From IMG/VR virus record IMGVR_UViG_3300032332_000594, positions 1 through 54,933 of that record: a stretch of DNA of 54,933 nt; one strand, given 5' to 3'. The notes under the pieces are model-generated. The model saw only the letters and a program-made list of their open reading frames with translations. It was not told the origin of the DNA and made no database searches. Positions 8,815 to 17,754 of this stretch are shown piece by piece. The number at the start of each line of letters is the position of its first letter. Within the stretch, counting starts at the first letter, position 1. The position numbers and the translations under genes were made by a program. This stretch comes from a virus. Its lineage: Duplodnaviria; Caudoviricetes.

Positions 8815-9042
8815 TTATTCATCTTCCTCAGATGGTTCGGGTAAATCCAGTTTATTATCTGGTTTCTTTAAAAACTTATTCTTAATCTCTGGCTCTTCGT
8901 AGTCGGTTACGATGCTGGTCACAAAGCCACAAGGCACATGTGCGTTTGCAAATCTGTGAACCAGCATCCATACCGCTGACTCTTCTTCACTACTAAGTGA
9001 GAGGGAACCTTCACAGTACCCACAAGTCATGTCTACGTGCAT
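8815..9042 (-). CDS. small Cys/His protein
   Basis: CGYC...H...AH..C; tightly packed in operon. Confidence 0.7.
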   Translation of the reverse strand: MHVDMTCGYCEGSLSLSSEEESAVWMLVHRFANAHVPCGFVTSIVTDYEEPEIKNKFLKKPDNKLDLPEPSEEDE

Positions 9043-9047
9043 GGGTG

Positions 9048-9371
9048 TTACTCTGTCTTATCCAAAGAAACACCGCGGTCTGCAAGGGCATCACGAACCT
9101 GCTCTGCGCTTGTTGCTTCTTCCTTAGGAAGGATAGAAGTCAGAACGTCTGCGATGCTACGCACCTGAATTTCGGCTGAAATGTCCAAGCAAGCGCGACG
9201 TACATCTACGATGTTTGCCTCACGCTCTGCCACTACGGCCTCTTCAGGCATGCGAGTAAGAAGGACAGGTGTACCTGCCTTATCAATTACAACAAGGAAA
9301 AACGTCTGAACCTCAATTGGTTCCTTGGTCGTTTCTTCAACGGTTGTTTCTTCTGGTGCTGTTTCAGTCAT
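9048..9371 (-). CDS. hypothetical acidic protein
   Basis: Overlaps the upstream gene; 107 aa. Confidence 0.75.
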   Translation of the reverse strand: MTETAPEETTVEETTKEPIEVQTFFLVVIDKAGTPVLLTRMPEEAVVAEREANIVDVRRACLDISAEIQVRSIADVLTSILPKEEATSAEQVRDALADRGVSLDKTE

Positions 9372-9927
9372 TGTACATTCCTAATAGTTTTCTTTTACGA
9401 GTTGTTACGGTGCTATGCACAGGGCAGAAGTGACATAGGTACACTTTTGGTCCCGGCATACTTGCTGCTGATGGCAACCCTAGTTCCTTACGGTCTGCTT
9501 TTGTAGACTCAGGCACTAGACGTTTATCATCCCGCTCATAATCCCCACAACCATTTTGTGGGCGATTATGTGCAGAAAAACATTTTAATGCATCTTCGGA
9601 GAAGGTACTCTTTGAATCATAATAAGTGTTATCGATTTCACCAAGGCCTTTTGAACCTCCACCACGAATCTGCTCAATGATTGCTTTACGCTTCTTTTCA
9701 TCGATCCATTCCTTGACAGGCATGATAAACAAACGGCCCTTATGAGGGTCGCCCGAGGGAAACACATGCTTCTCACATGAGATAGTGAGTGTCACGTCAT
9801 TCTCTGGCTTACCCTCAAAGGGGGGCAACTCCTCAAGAGTGTTGCATACCAGACAGTACAGCAGTCTAAATACAGGTCCCATGTCCTGTTTAGCGTTACC
9901 GGGCTTGATTAAAGGGATGTCTCCCAT
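9364..9927 (-). CDS. putative zinc-binding protein
   Basis: CLVC, CEKH, C...H, CHFC motifs; AGGAG RBS. Confidence 0.75.
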   Translation of the reverse strand: MGDIPLIKPGNAKQDMGPVFRLLYCLVCNTLEELPPFEGKPENDVTLTISCEKHVFPSGDPHKGRLFIMPVKEWIDEKKRKAIIEQIRGGGSKGLGEIDNTYYDSKSTFSEDALKCFSAHNRPQNGCGDYERDDKRLVPESTKADRKELGLPSAASMPGPKVYLCHFCPVHSTVTTRKRKLLGMYND

Positions 9928-9955
9928 GTTGTGCTCCTATGTATTCTTAGTTAAT

Positions 9956-9984
9956 AAGATACTACATTAGTACTTTATTAACAA
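9956..9984 (-). promoter_or_regulatory. sigmaA-like promoter TTGTTA-N17-TATCTT
   Basis: AT-rich intergenic region heading the 9927-5861 gene run. Confidence 0.55.
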
Positions 9985-9995
9985 ATTAGTATGTA

Positions 9996-11234
9996 TTAAC
10001 GAGGCTGACGAGGAGGTTGTTTTGCTTCACGAATTGGGCGTTCTGGAAGGTCTGTACGTTCCCTACGTGGTACTGTCCCTTCAATTACACGACCGCCCGT
10101 AACGAGTGCCGAAGTGTCTCCTACAATTCTTGACAAAGCGTCTGTACTCAATACGCCCTTATTTTGCTCACCCATTACTCCTGCTTGAGTAGCAATGGTC
10201 TTTTTAATTAAAGAAATGCCTTGACGAATGTTTCTCTTATGCGTTTGAATTTGAGCCAAACGTTCAGGGGTTGCGCTAGAAGGGTCACGTTGGTGCTTTG
10301 CAATCATGTTGGTCATAAACTGATGGGACATTGCAACGCCATTAACTAAATCTGCAACCTTAGGGGCTACACGAGTTAAACGTGCATGCGCTTCTTGATA
10401 AGAAGAGTGTGCTTTCGCGTATTCTTCTGATGCTGGGTTGAATGTACTACGAGTTTGAGCATGCTCAATGGCTTGGTCTGCTAATTGCTGTACTGAGTTA
10501 GGGGTAGCACCTAATCCTCGTACCTCTGCTTGAGTCCTTGGAACAGCGCCTGCGTCCAACCCAACTGCCATAGCGCCAACGCCTGAAGGCAAACCTGCTG
10601 GAAGTACCCCTTGCAAGTCATGAGGAGTGCGGGAGGCTGTGCGAACACTTAATTCTGCTTCAGAACCAAGTAGGCCTCGCATCTGTTCTTCAGTGACATT
10701 ACTAGTTTCTGGCTTTGGCTGACTTGCTATGCGCTCTTGACGCTCTTGGTGTGCTGCACCAATCGTTTTAATGTCAGAACCAAGAGTTGCACAATCTCTA
10801 CAGACTGCAGTGGTCTTGTTACTACGAGGGCCGTTCTTTACAGACACCATACGTGCTGGAACAGCCTCTTTACGACATGTTGGGCACGGATTACTTACAG
10901 CAGTTGTCTCAGTAATAGGCGAGCCTGCAGTTGCTGACTCATCAACAGTCCTAGGGCTAGAGTCTCCTCCACGCAAACGTGTGAAAGGTGAAGTAGAGTC
11001 TTTTACATCTGACTCAAGTACTTCACTCTTAACAACTTTATCATGAGACTTTTGCTGAACGTCTAACTTGGCTCTTGCAGTTTCACGCTTTTTTACAATA
11101 CGGTCTAAAGCAGGGCCAGTAACACCCGCTTCTCGTGCATCATGGTGGGCTGCTACGGCAGCATCATGCTCGGCTCGTACTTTTTCTAATGCGGCAAGAG
11201 ACTTTTGTACAGGGGTTGCTGCTCTACGTGCCAT
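9996..11234 (-). CDS. hypothetical Ala-rich protein with two CxxC motifs
   Basis: 412-aa ORF; CPTC...CRDC. Confidence 0.8.
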   Translation of the reverse strand: MARRAATPVQKSLAALEKVRAEHDAAVAAHHDAREAGVTGPALDRIVKKRETARAKLDVQQKSHDKVVKSEVLESDVKDSTSPFTRLRGGDSSPRTVDESATAGSPITETTAVSNPCPTCRKEAVPARMVSVKNGPRSNKTTAVCRDCATLGSDIKTIGAAHQERQERIASQPKPETSNVTEEQMRGLLGSEAELSVRTASRTPHDLQGVLPAGLPSGVGAMAVGLDAGAVPRTQAEVRGLGATPNSVQQLADQAIEHAQTRSTFNPASEEYAKAHSSYQEAHARLTRVAPKVADLVNGVAMSHQFMTNMIAKHQRDPSSATPERLAQIQTHKRNIRQGISLIKKTIATQAGVMGEQNKGVLSTDALSRIVGDTSALVTGGRVIEGTVPRRERTDLPERPIREAKQPPRQPR

Positions 11235-11236
11235 GC

Positions 11237-11443
11237 TTACTTACCCGGATTAATCTTTGCTGGGAATTCCTGATTGATGAACCCATAACCTGCGAATGAG
11301 TGAAGGCTCTGGCGATTAGCAAGCGTCTTTTCATTGCCTTGACCGGGGGTCACTTCGGTATTTGGGCGTGCTTTACGGTACTTACCATCTGTAGCACCAT
11401 CATTTAGTGATACGTTCATGGAACGACTTGTGTTTACGGCCAT
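11237..11443 (-). CDS. small hypothetical protein (start re-called at MAVNTS)
   Basis: ATG at 11443 avoids overlap with the upstream gene. Confidence 0.7.
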   Translation of the reverse strand: MAVNTSRSMNVSLNDGATDGKYRKARPNTEVTPGQGNEKTLANRQSLHSFAGYGFINQEFPAKINPGK

Positions 11444-11468
11444 TAGTTGGCACCCACTTTCTTGGTCA

Positions 11469-11669
11469 TTACACCATCCGATTCTTAATTCTATCGTTAT
11501 GTTGCCTTGTTGTGCAGTTAATACACAAACCATTACTATTAATAACTTGTGTTGGGTTAAGGATTACCCCGCACATAGGGCAAGGGTGAGAACCGTTGTA
11601 AACAGTCGCATTATGAGCAATCTGCGCTGCCTGTAGTTCCATTGTGAAGGCGCCATCACCGTCGTCCAT
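11469..11669 (-). CDS. small zinc-ribbon protein
   Basis: CPMC...CINC; TAATG overlap. Confidence 0.75.
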   Translation of the reverse strand: MDDGDGAFTMELQAAQIAHNATVYNGSHPCPMCGVILNPTQVINSNGLCINCTTRQHNDRIKNRMV

Positions 11670-12028
11670 TAAACACCACCCAAATCATTTCGAGAAGTAC
11701 CTGAGTACCCTGCTGGACCACCTGAAAACCACGACACTCGTGGCTCCATGTAATGACGGTCTAAGTCAATGATGTCGCGAATTCCTCGCACTGTGTTGTC
11801 ATACCCAAAACGATCTGGAAACAACTGAATCTGAGGCATAGGTGGTCGCACCATCTTTTGAATGACGTCACTTGGCATTGTGGCAACCATGAGGGCTTGC
11901 TGTGTCAACCGTTCTTCATTAGACGCAAATGGGCCTGTGTATTGCCAACGTGGCATAACACCATCCGGCTTAAGCGGAGGGCGCCATGGCTTGGTGCGGT
12001 CATACACACCATCTGGAGTGTTAGCCAT
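11669..12028 (-). CDS. Pro/Gly-rich hypothetical protein
   Basis: GGAGG RBS, 119 aa. Confidence 0.8.
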   Translation of the reverse strand: MANTPDGVYDRTKPWRPPLKPDGVMPRWQYTGPFASNEERLTQQALMVATMPSDVIQKMVRPPMPQIQLFPDRFGYDNTVRGIRDIIDLDRHYMEPRVSWFSGGPAGYSGTSRNDLGGV

Positions 12029-12967
12029 TTACTGACCTCCTGCTCCCAAATCAAAATGAGACCTTCTTGAAGGAGCAGTAATAACTTGACTAACCCCACC
12101 CACATTAACAGTAATAGGAGGCAATCCTTTTGCTGATGGGTCAAGGTGAGGACTTCTAGTCAAATAGTTTTGTAATTTAGTTACGTTAGTTTTTTGTGTT
12201 CTGCCAGAGTTTTCATTTGTAAGTGCTTTGTTATTAAGATGATGAACCCAATGCATGGCTTGATAATCGGCAAGTGAAGTATCTTTTGGAATTAATCCTT
12301 TTTCTAAGGATACTTGATGCGCTTGCGCGTATGCATTTTGAATAAAGTGATAAACATTGGGCTTTTTCATATGCTCATTACCTGTTCCATACGGAACTTG
12401 GTAACTATCTAGTGCAGCATCATAAGCGTGTGTATCGATAGGGGCAGCAGTAGTCTTTCCGCCTGTGCTAACTGCTGTAGCAAAATCAGGGGTTTTTTGA
12501 GAAATGTTAGCCCTTGCTTTAAAAATAGACATAGGGTCTTCAGCCTCGCCACTTTTGACACTTAAGGCTGCTGCTATCTCTTTGGTTCCTTGAGGCTTCA
12601 AAGGAGTGCCTGTTAAGTTTGCCCTATCCATAAGGCTTGCTCTTTTATCAGAATCTTTTTCTGTAGATGCCCGAGTAATTAAACTAGCCTGTCGGTCGTT
12701 TAGATGAAGGATTTGTTGACCCATCAAACGATTGGCGCCCCAAAAAGTCTTTGAAGATAACTTTGATAAAATGGCACCACCAGCCGTGGTATCCCGACCA
12801 ATGTCTGAACCAATTGATTCAGCGTCAAGTTTAGCCTCTGGGTACCATGACCCTCCGGCTTTTACAGACTCTGGTGTAAATGCTTTAGTTCTTTTAACAA
12901 GATTCTTTACCATCTGCTTATGAACATCAGGAGTTAACTCAAATTTACCGGGTTCTATTGCAACCAT
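12029..12967 (-). CDS. HhH-GPD glycosylase-like fold protein
   Basis: WYPEA, QKTPDF...PIDTHAY and YQAMHW motifs; the K...D pair resembles Nth (RKTA...VDTH). Confidence 0.5.
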   Translation of the reverse strand: MVAIEPGKFELTPDVHKQMVKNLVKRTKAFTPESVKAGGSWYPEAKLDAESIGSDIGRDTTAGGAILSKLSSKTFWGANRLMGQQILHLNDRQASLITRASTEKDSDKRASLMDRANLTGTPLKPQGTKEIAAALSVKSGEAEDPMSIFKARANISQKTPDFATAVSTGGKTTAAPIDTHAYDAALDSYQVPYGTGNEHMKKPNVYHFIQNAYAQAHQVSLEKGLIPKDTSLADYQAMHWVHHLNNKALTNENSGRTQKTNVTKLQNYLTRSPHLDPSAKGLPPITVNVGGVSQVITAPSRRSHFDLGAGGQ

Positions 12968-12970
12968 TGT

Positions 12971-13495
12971 TTATCTCCAACTTGGTTTCATGCGGTCGAA
13001 CTGGCGTGCTCGTCGCTCGTTAATTTCACCGGGTTCATTTGCACGATGGTCTGCTTTACCATCATTAACTAGGTGAGGTCCGGGAACTAAAATTGGGTTA
13101 GGGGCAAACCTTGGCGCCATTAATACATTGCCAACTTGCTTTGCCATCGCCTCTCGGCGTAGTCCTGCGTCTGGCTGGAAAGTATCTGGCCAAAGGTAGT
13201 TGCTAACATCAATCTTTTCACCCTTGTGCACACCACGCTGGTAAGACTTATCGCCAACGCGTGTCTTAATAGAGTCAAGAAGGCGGTCATCACGACGAGA
13301 ACGAATTGTTCCTAGGTAACCATCAGGGTATTCAGCAGACGGAGTACGGGCAGTACCCATACGCTTGAAGTCCATGTCTGAACGTGCAACAGGGAGACCG
13401 CCACCACCGTAGTTGGTGTAAGTACCACTAAACCCACTACCGCCAGTATTCTGCCAGTTTTGTTGTGGTGTCCAGTTATTAGGACCAGTTGCCAT
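12971..13495 (-). CDS. Gly/Pro/Arg-rich hypothetical protein
   Basis: TAATG overlap, AAGGGG RBS. Confidence 0.8.
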   Translation of the reverse strand: MATGPNNWTPQQNWQNTGGSGFSGTYTNYGGGGLPVARSDMDFKRMGTARTPSAEYPDGYLGTIRSRRDDRLLDSIKTRVGDKSYQRGVHKGEKIDVSNYLWPDTFQPDAGLRREAMAKQVGNVLMAPRFAPNPILVPGPHLVNDGKADHRANEPGEINERRARQFDRMKPSWR

Positions 13496-14133
13496 TACTT
13501 GGCCCCTTTGCGTAGTCTTTCTGTACGACCTCGGTTAATGGTTCGAAGAACATCGCCATAACTGACAGACTCTGTTACAACTTTTCCATTTTTATCCGTA
13601 ACAATTTCACCCTTTTTGTTACGCGCAGGTTTGCGTCCTGCTTGTCTTTCCCACTCAGGGTTGTCGTATTCATTCTTTGAGAATTTACGCTTACCCGGTC
13701 TAAACTCTGGGTTTGGATCCCCTTCTCCAAGGTCTCCTGTGTGCATGAGTACTTCCGTACCGTAAGGGCCGGGGGATTCTGCTCCTGCGCCCAAGTTTGT
13801 TTTAGGTAATGCCCACACCGACTCTTGGCGCTCTCCCACACCCATTGATTTAGCCTTCTTAATCGAAGGGACTTTAGTAACAACATCTAGGGTCTGGCCC
13901 CAAACTCCATGGACCGCAGGGTTAACTGATTCTGCTAAGTCTTGGTGTGTTTCTTTATGTGCCTCAATGTCAGCGGCTGTAACAGGCCCGTCTGTAGTGT
14001 GTTCTCCACCTTCTACAGCAACCATGTACCCTTTACCGCCTACAGGGCGCCCAGTATTCCAATGAAAACTACCGCCACCACTTTTAGCGACGTGTTCGGC
14101 CATTTGCTCAGAAGACAGGTTTCGTGTACTCAT
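13495..14133 (-). CDS. hypothetical protein
   Basis: 212 aa; first gene after a terminator; no RBS (probably leaderless). Confidence 0.8.
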   Translation of the reverse strand: MSTRNLSSEQMAEHVAKSGGGSFHWNTGRPVGGKGYMVAVEGGEHTTDGPVTAADIEAHKETHQDLAESVNPAVHGVWGQTLDVVTKVPSIKKAKSMGVGERQESVWALPKTNLGAGAESPGPYGTEVLMHTGDLGEGDPNPEFRPGKRKFSKNEYDNPEWERQAGRKPARNKKGEIVTDKNGKVVTESVSYGDVLRTINRGRTERLRKGAK

Positions 14134-14139
14134 ACATCA

Positions 14140-14169
14140 ATAATCGTTGATTATTGGGTAAATGTCTCA
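14140..14169 (-). promoter_or_regulatory. candidate promoter TGAGAC-N18-GATTAT, leaderless
   Basis: ATG lies 6 nt after the -10 hexamer; same spacing as the GCWGAC motif. Confidence 0.55.
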
Positions 14170-14171
14170 CT

Positions 14172-14208
14172 AAAAGAAAAACCGCCCTTGCATGCAGAGG
14201 GGCGGTTC
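14172..14208 (-). terminator. intrinsic terminator
   Basis: AACCGCCC...GGGCGGTT stem followed by TTTCTTTT. Confidence 0.88.
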
Positions 14209-14225
14209 TAGACTTATTTAGTGTA

Positions 14226-15413
14226 TCACACTTGAGCGACAAACTCTTGACCTTTGTACAAGGTCTTCCCATCATCAATGTGAACGAGGTCTACGTGGAA
14301 CGAGCCTTCGTCTTTGTATTTAACAACGGCAATACCTTGTTGCCAGTTCTCCCAATACTGGATTGGACGCCCATTAGCATCCACAGAACCTTTAACACTC
14401 GGCACTGCCCCATCTACTCGGCAGAGGCATCCGGGGCTAATTGCCATGGACTTAATCTTGCCTTCACGGTCAAATGTAGTCTTGGACTGAATCTCTTGAC
14501 GATGAATGTGCCCGAAAATAGTAGAGATGTGAGGCATCTCATTGGTGTACTTCATAGAAGTGTTACCTGATGAGTTGACCTTGTCACCATGGATTGCACG
14601 CAACTTGTCATTAATCCACCACATCGCAGCAGGGTAACCGTCCATGTACTCAACATCTAGTTCTTCTAAACGCAATAGGTACGGTAGTGACATCACAGGC
14701 CATGATGACGGAATGTTGGCACGTTTTAAACCAAACGCAGAGAGTGCATTGGCTTGTACGAACTTCTGCATACGACGGTCGTGATTACCTTCAATAATAA
14801 CAATCTTAGCGTCAGGGGCTGCTGCACGTTGGCGAGCAGCGAACAAATGCCCGTAATCAATGGCATGCTGAGTAGTGAACGCAAAAGAGGCTTCTTGTTC
14901 GTACTTGCCCTGCGCAGGAAGGTCGATGTAATCCCCTAAATTGATTACTTGGTCAACTCCATTCTCATGCTGTTCAGCACTGAGAATTTGTAGGGCTACA
15001 TCAATTGCCTTCTCATCATGGAAAGGGTCAAGACCTGTGTCTTCAAACTGACGGTAACCAATCTGAGGGTCTGGAAGAATAACTGCTGTCTTCCAACCTC
15101 CAACTACGGCTGGAGTTTTCTTAGGTTTTGCGGGCTGCTTTATTACTGTTGGGGCAGCCTGCTGAACTACTGGCCACTCCGGACCTGACTCCCATGACGG
15201 GGACAGAACCAAAGAAACGGCTTCAAGGTCATGGATGATGGCTTCTCCATCAGCATCTTTAGTAAGAGACTGATAGTTAGATACTTTAACCTTAGAGATT
15301 TTTCCAATGTCTTCTGGATTAAGCCCATTGTTCTTTATAAAGTTTTCAATGGCATTTGCTTTAATCGTCTCTTCTAGGTTATTCCTAGTGTCTTTTATCG
15401 ATGACATAAGCAT
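14226..15413 (-). CDS. calcineurin-like metallophosphoesterase
   Basis: DPQ, GDYID, GNHD, HGD and GHIH motifs. Confidence 0.9.
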   Translation of the reverse strand: MLMSSIKDTRNNLEETIKANAIENFIKNNGLNPEDIGKISKVKVSNYQSLTKDADGEAIIHDLEAVSLVLSPSWESGPEWPVVQQAAPTVIKQPAKPKKTPAVVGGWKTAVILPDPQIGYRQFEDTGLDPFHDEKAIDVALQILSAEQHENGVDQVINLGDYIDLPAQGKYEQEASFAFTTQHAIDYGHLFAARQRAAAPDAKIVIIEGNHDRRMQKFVQANALSAFGLKRANIPSSWPVMSLPYLLRLEELDVEYMDGYPAAMWWINDKLRAIHGDKVNSSGNTSMKYTNEMPHISTIFGHIHRQEIQSKTTFDREGKIKSMAISPGCLCRVDGAVPSVKGSVDANGRPIQYWENWQQGIAVVKYKDEGSFHVDLVHIDDGKTLYKGQEFVAQV

Positions 15414-15625
15414 TTGCCCCTTTTGTGTGACCGTACAACATCCCTACTAATAGGAAGGAAGTTATTTAATACAGTAGTTAGTCGGTTTTCTGTTAAATCA
15501 AGGTTGATGATTGCGTGCACATCTTCTTGGTCTTCGGTGGGCAAAGAGTCAACCCAACGACCTAGTTTGCATTTATTGTGCGTGTTTTTCTGGAGATCTT
15601 CCAGAACGGTTTTATAGATAGACAT
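15395..15625 (-). CDS. small Cys/His hypothetical protein
   Basis: GAGGAAGG RBS; C...H..GKCLC. Confidence 0.75.
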   Translation of the reverse strand: MSIYKTVLEDLQKNTHNKCKLGRWVDSLPTEDQEDVHAIINLDLTENRLTTVLNNFLPISRDVVRSHKRGKCLCHR

Positions 15626-15656
15626 TTACAAGCCTTCCTCATAAGAACTACAACGT

Positions 15657-15685
15657 AGCCTACAGAAGGTTCAAGTAAATTACAA
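15657..15685 (-). promoter_or_regulatory. sigmaA-like promoter TTGTAA-N17-TAGGCT
   Basis: Intergenic, canonical spacing. Confidence 0.5.
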
Positions 15686-15686
15686 C

Positions 15687-15962
15687 CTAATCTTCAAACT
15701 TAAACACACTTCCAGCAGTTTTGTTGGAAAAGGCCAGAGGAACACCGCCACCGCGAGGGACTGACCATGCTGTAGTTCTACCAAAAGAGGAGTTAGTGTC
15801 TGATCGGTGCGGTAAAAAAGTCCGTTGCCCTTGGTATCGGGGATGCGCAAGACCTGTGGTATGCCCTTGAGTGAAGTTACCTTCACCAATCGAAGGCGTA
15901 GCATGCCCGAAGTAAGTTTCACTTCCTGCAAACTGATGCCCGGAGACAGACCCAATAGACAT
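15687..15962 (-). CDS. Gly-rich hypothetical protein
   Basis: Starts 2 nt after the upstream stop codon. Confidence 0.65.
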   Translation of the reverse strand: MSIGSVSGHQFAGSETYFGHATPSIGEGNFTQGHTTGLAHPRYQGQRTFLPHRSDTNSSFGRTTAWSVPRGGGVPLAFSNKTAGSVFKFED

Positions 15963-15964
15963 GG

Positions 15965-16324
15965 TTATCGCTTAGTTGCAGATGGAACAATCTGTCCGTC
16001 AGCCTGTGTAGGGCCGTTCTCATGCATGTGAGGAGCAGGTGTGCTGACGTCAATTGCGTAACGAGCACCTAGACGTTCCTGCATAACGTTTACACGGTTA
16101 GCCTTACCACCAGCGGTAGGGTCTGCAGACTGAGTGTTCTTGCGAGGAATTAGAGTACCGCGCTCTGGCTGTGCAACACCGATAGGAAGGCGGGGGCTGC
16201 CTGCAGAGGCTGCCGATTCTACTGCCTCGTGGTGCGTAGCAAATGAGCGAGTAGGTGTGTTTGATGCTTCGTACATGTTGCTAGATTCTCCAGCGCGGTT
16301 ACGCATTGCATGACCCTTAGCCAT
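15965..16324 (-). CDS. hypothetical protein (start re-called at MAKGH)
   Basis: GGAAGGA RBS before ATG 16324. Confidence 0.75.
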   Translation of the reverse strand: MAKGHAMRNRAGESSNMYEASNTPTRSFATHHEAVESAASAGSPRLPIGVAQPERGTLIPRKNTQSADPTAGGKANRVNVMQERLGARYAIDVSTPAPHMHENGPTQADGQIVPSATKR

Positions 16325-16354
16325 AGTGGTTCCTTCCAAATAAGCCTTAAGACA

Positions 16355-16384
16355 AAGGTAGGAAATTAAACGACGATTGTCAGC
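16355..16384 (-). promoter_or_regulatory. recurring promoter GCTGAC-N18-TACCTT
   Basis: One of four exactly spaced GCWGAC-N18-TAnnnT copies. Confidence 0.65.
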
Positions 16385-16385
16385 A

Positions 16386-16676
16386 TTAACTAGCAGAAAT
16401 CACAAAAACAATTGCGGAGATTTCGCCGTCTCGGCTTTCAATAGTAGTAAATCCGGGCTTGCAAGTAAGGTCTAGACCTCTTGGAGCCACGTACCCACGA
16501 GCAATAGCCAATGCTTTTACTGCCTGATTCACAGCACCTGCGCCTACAGCCCGCAAGCGGACCTCGCGCTTATCGTACAGAGCGTGAGCGATAGCGCTTG
16601 CTACTGACTGGGGGTTACTTCCCGCACTTACTCGCAAGAATGGTTCTTCAACATTCTTTACTTCTTCGTTATTCAC
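16386..16676 (-). CDS. spoVS: SpoVS family (Alba-like fold) nucleic-acid-binding protein
   Basis: LRVSA.SNP.SVA.AIA and AVGAGAVNQAVKALAIARGYVAP.G.DL...PGF signatures. Confidence 0.95.
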   Translation of the reverse strand: MNNEEVKNVEEPFLRVSAGSNPQSVASAIAHALYDKREVRLRAVGAGAVNQAVKALAIARGYVAPRGLDLTCKPGFTTIESRDGEISAIVFVISAS

Positions 16677-16723
16677 CGTTTGTCATCCTTATAGATTCGT
16701 TTTGTAGCCGTTCCTCCCTATTA

Positions 16724-16753
16724 ACGGTAGAAAACAAATGCTATTTAGTCTGC
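16724..16753 (-). promoter_or_regulatory. recurring promoter GCAGAC-N18-TACCGT
   Basis: Upstream of spoVS; same spacing as the other copies. Confidence 0.65.
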
Positions 16754-17317
16754 TTAAACAAAAGGTTGATCTCTAAACTTTAAATCTTTTAATTTATTAA
16801 TAATTTCTTTTTCATAAGCGGTTTCATTCCTACCACTTACGATACGAGCAATACCATATGAGTCTGCTGCGTTATCATCATCAAACTCTACGTCCCACTT
16901 TTTGTAAACCTGCAGTAGCATTTGGTTCTTTTGAACCCCCGTACCTTTACCTGTCACGTACTTCTTAACTATGGTGGGAGGTACTTGCAACGGATACTGG
17001 CCTAGTTCACGTTTGATAGTCAAACGTACAGCGCCAAACAATTCGCCTGACAGCAAGGCAGAGTGAGACATCTTGACTGGGGCTTCTAATGCGGAATCAA
17101 TGATATTGTAGTTAATAAATAAAGAGGCTAACCAACCTTGGATGTTTATTACTCTATCGATACCTGACCCCGGAGCCTTGTAAACAAAGGTCTCGTAGTT
17201 AGGAGTACCCTGCGCTGATAAGAATGTAACGGCAAACCCTGAATACGATTGGTCTATGCCCATTACAACGGTGGCCCCCTTCTGGAGACCACCGCCATAA
17301 TGCTTTATTGACTTCAT
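16754..17317 (-). CDS. ruvC: RuvC-like Holliday junction resolvase
   Basis: MGIDQS, ALE, VKKYVTGKG and DNAADS motifs. Confidence 0.88.
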   Translation of the reverse strand: MKSIKHYGGGLQKGATVVMGIDQSYSGFAVTFLSAQGTPNYETFVYKAPGSGIDRVINIQGWLASLFINYNIIDSALEAPVKMSHSALLSGELFGAVRLTIKRELGQYPLQVPPTIVKKYVTGKGTGVQKNQMLLQVYKKWDVEFDDDNAADSYGIARIVSGRNETAYEKEIINKLKDLKFRDQPFV

Positions 17318-17754
17318 GGCTTTAATACGCCTAATACAATGTCCAAAACATCTTGAGGAGTATTAAGAGGAACGTCGGCATGACGCACTGCTAAAGAGAC
17401 TTCTTCAGCAAGACGGTTACGCAACTTGTCTTCATTAGATACGTAAGGAGAAGTACTACGAGCAAGAACGTATGCTGGAACAACGTAGATACTTTGTTCC
17501 TCACGTTCTTCAGTTAACCGAACTAATTTACCTGCTTTATGCAAAACAGAAAGCGTACCTGAACAAGTCCCATGATGAGATACATTCTTGTAGAGGGTGC
17601 GCAGTTCTCCAATAGTGATGCCCCTAGCCTTTGCGTCCTTAGCAAACATCAACACTTCTTCTTGAAAAGAATCGGTTTTACCTGACTTTGCTCGGCGTTC
17701 TGAACGACGCTTAGAAGCGGCCGTTCCTGAGAAAGGGTCTACAAGAGTAGTCAT
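17314..17754 (-). CDS. putative winged-helix DNA-binding protein
   Basis: GITIGEL...HHGT.SG.LSVLHKAGKL.RL pattern. Confidence 0.6.
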   Translation of the reverse strand: MTTLVDPFSGTAASKRRSERRAKSGKTDSFQEEVLMFAKDAKARGITIGELRTLYKNVSHHGTCSGTLSVLHKAGKLVRLTEEREEQSIYVVPAYVLARSTSPYVSNEDKLRNRLAEEVSLAVRHADVPLNTPQDVLDIVLGVLKP

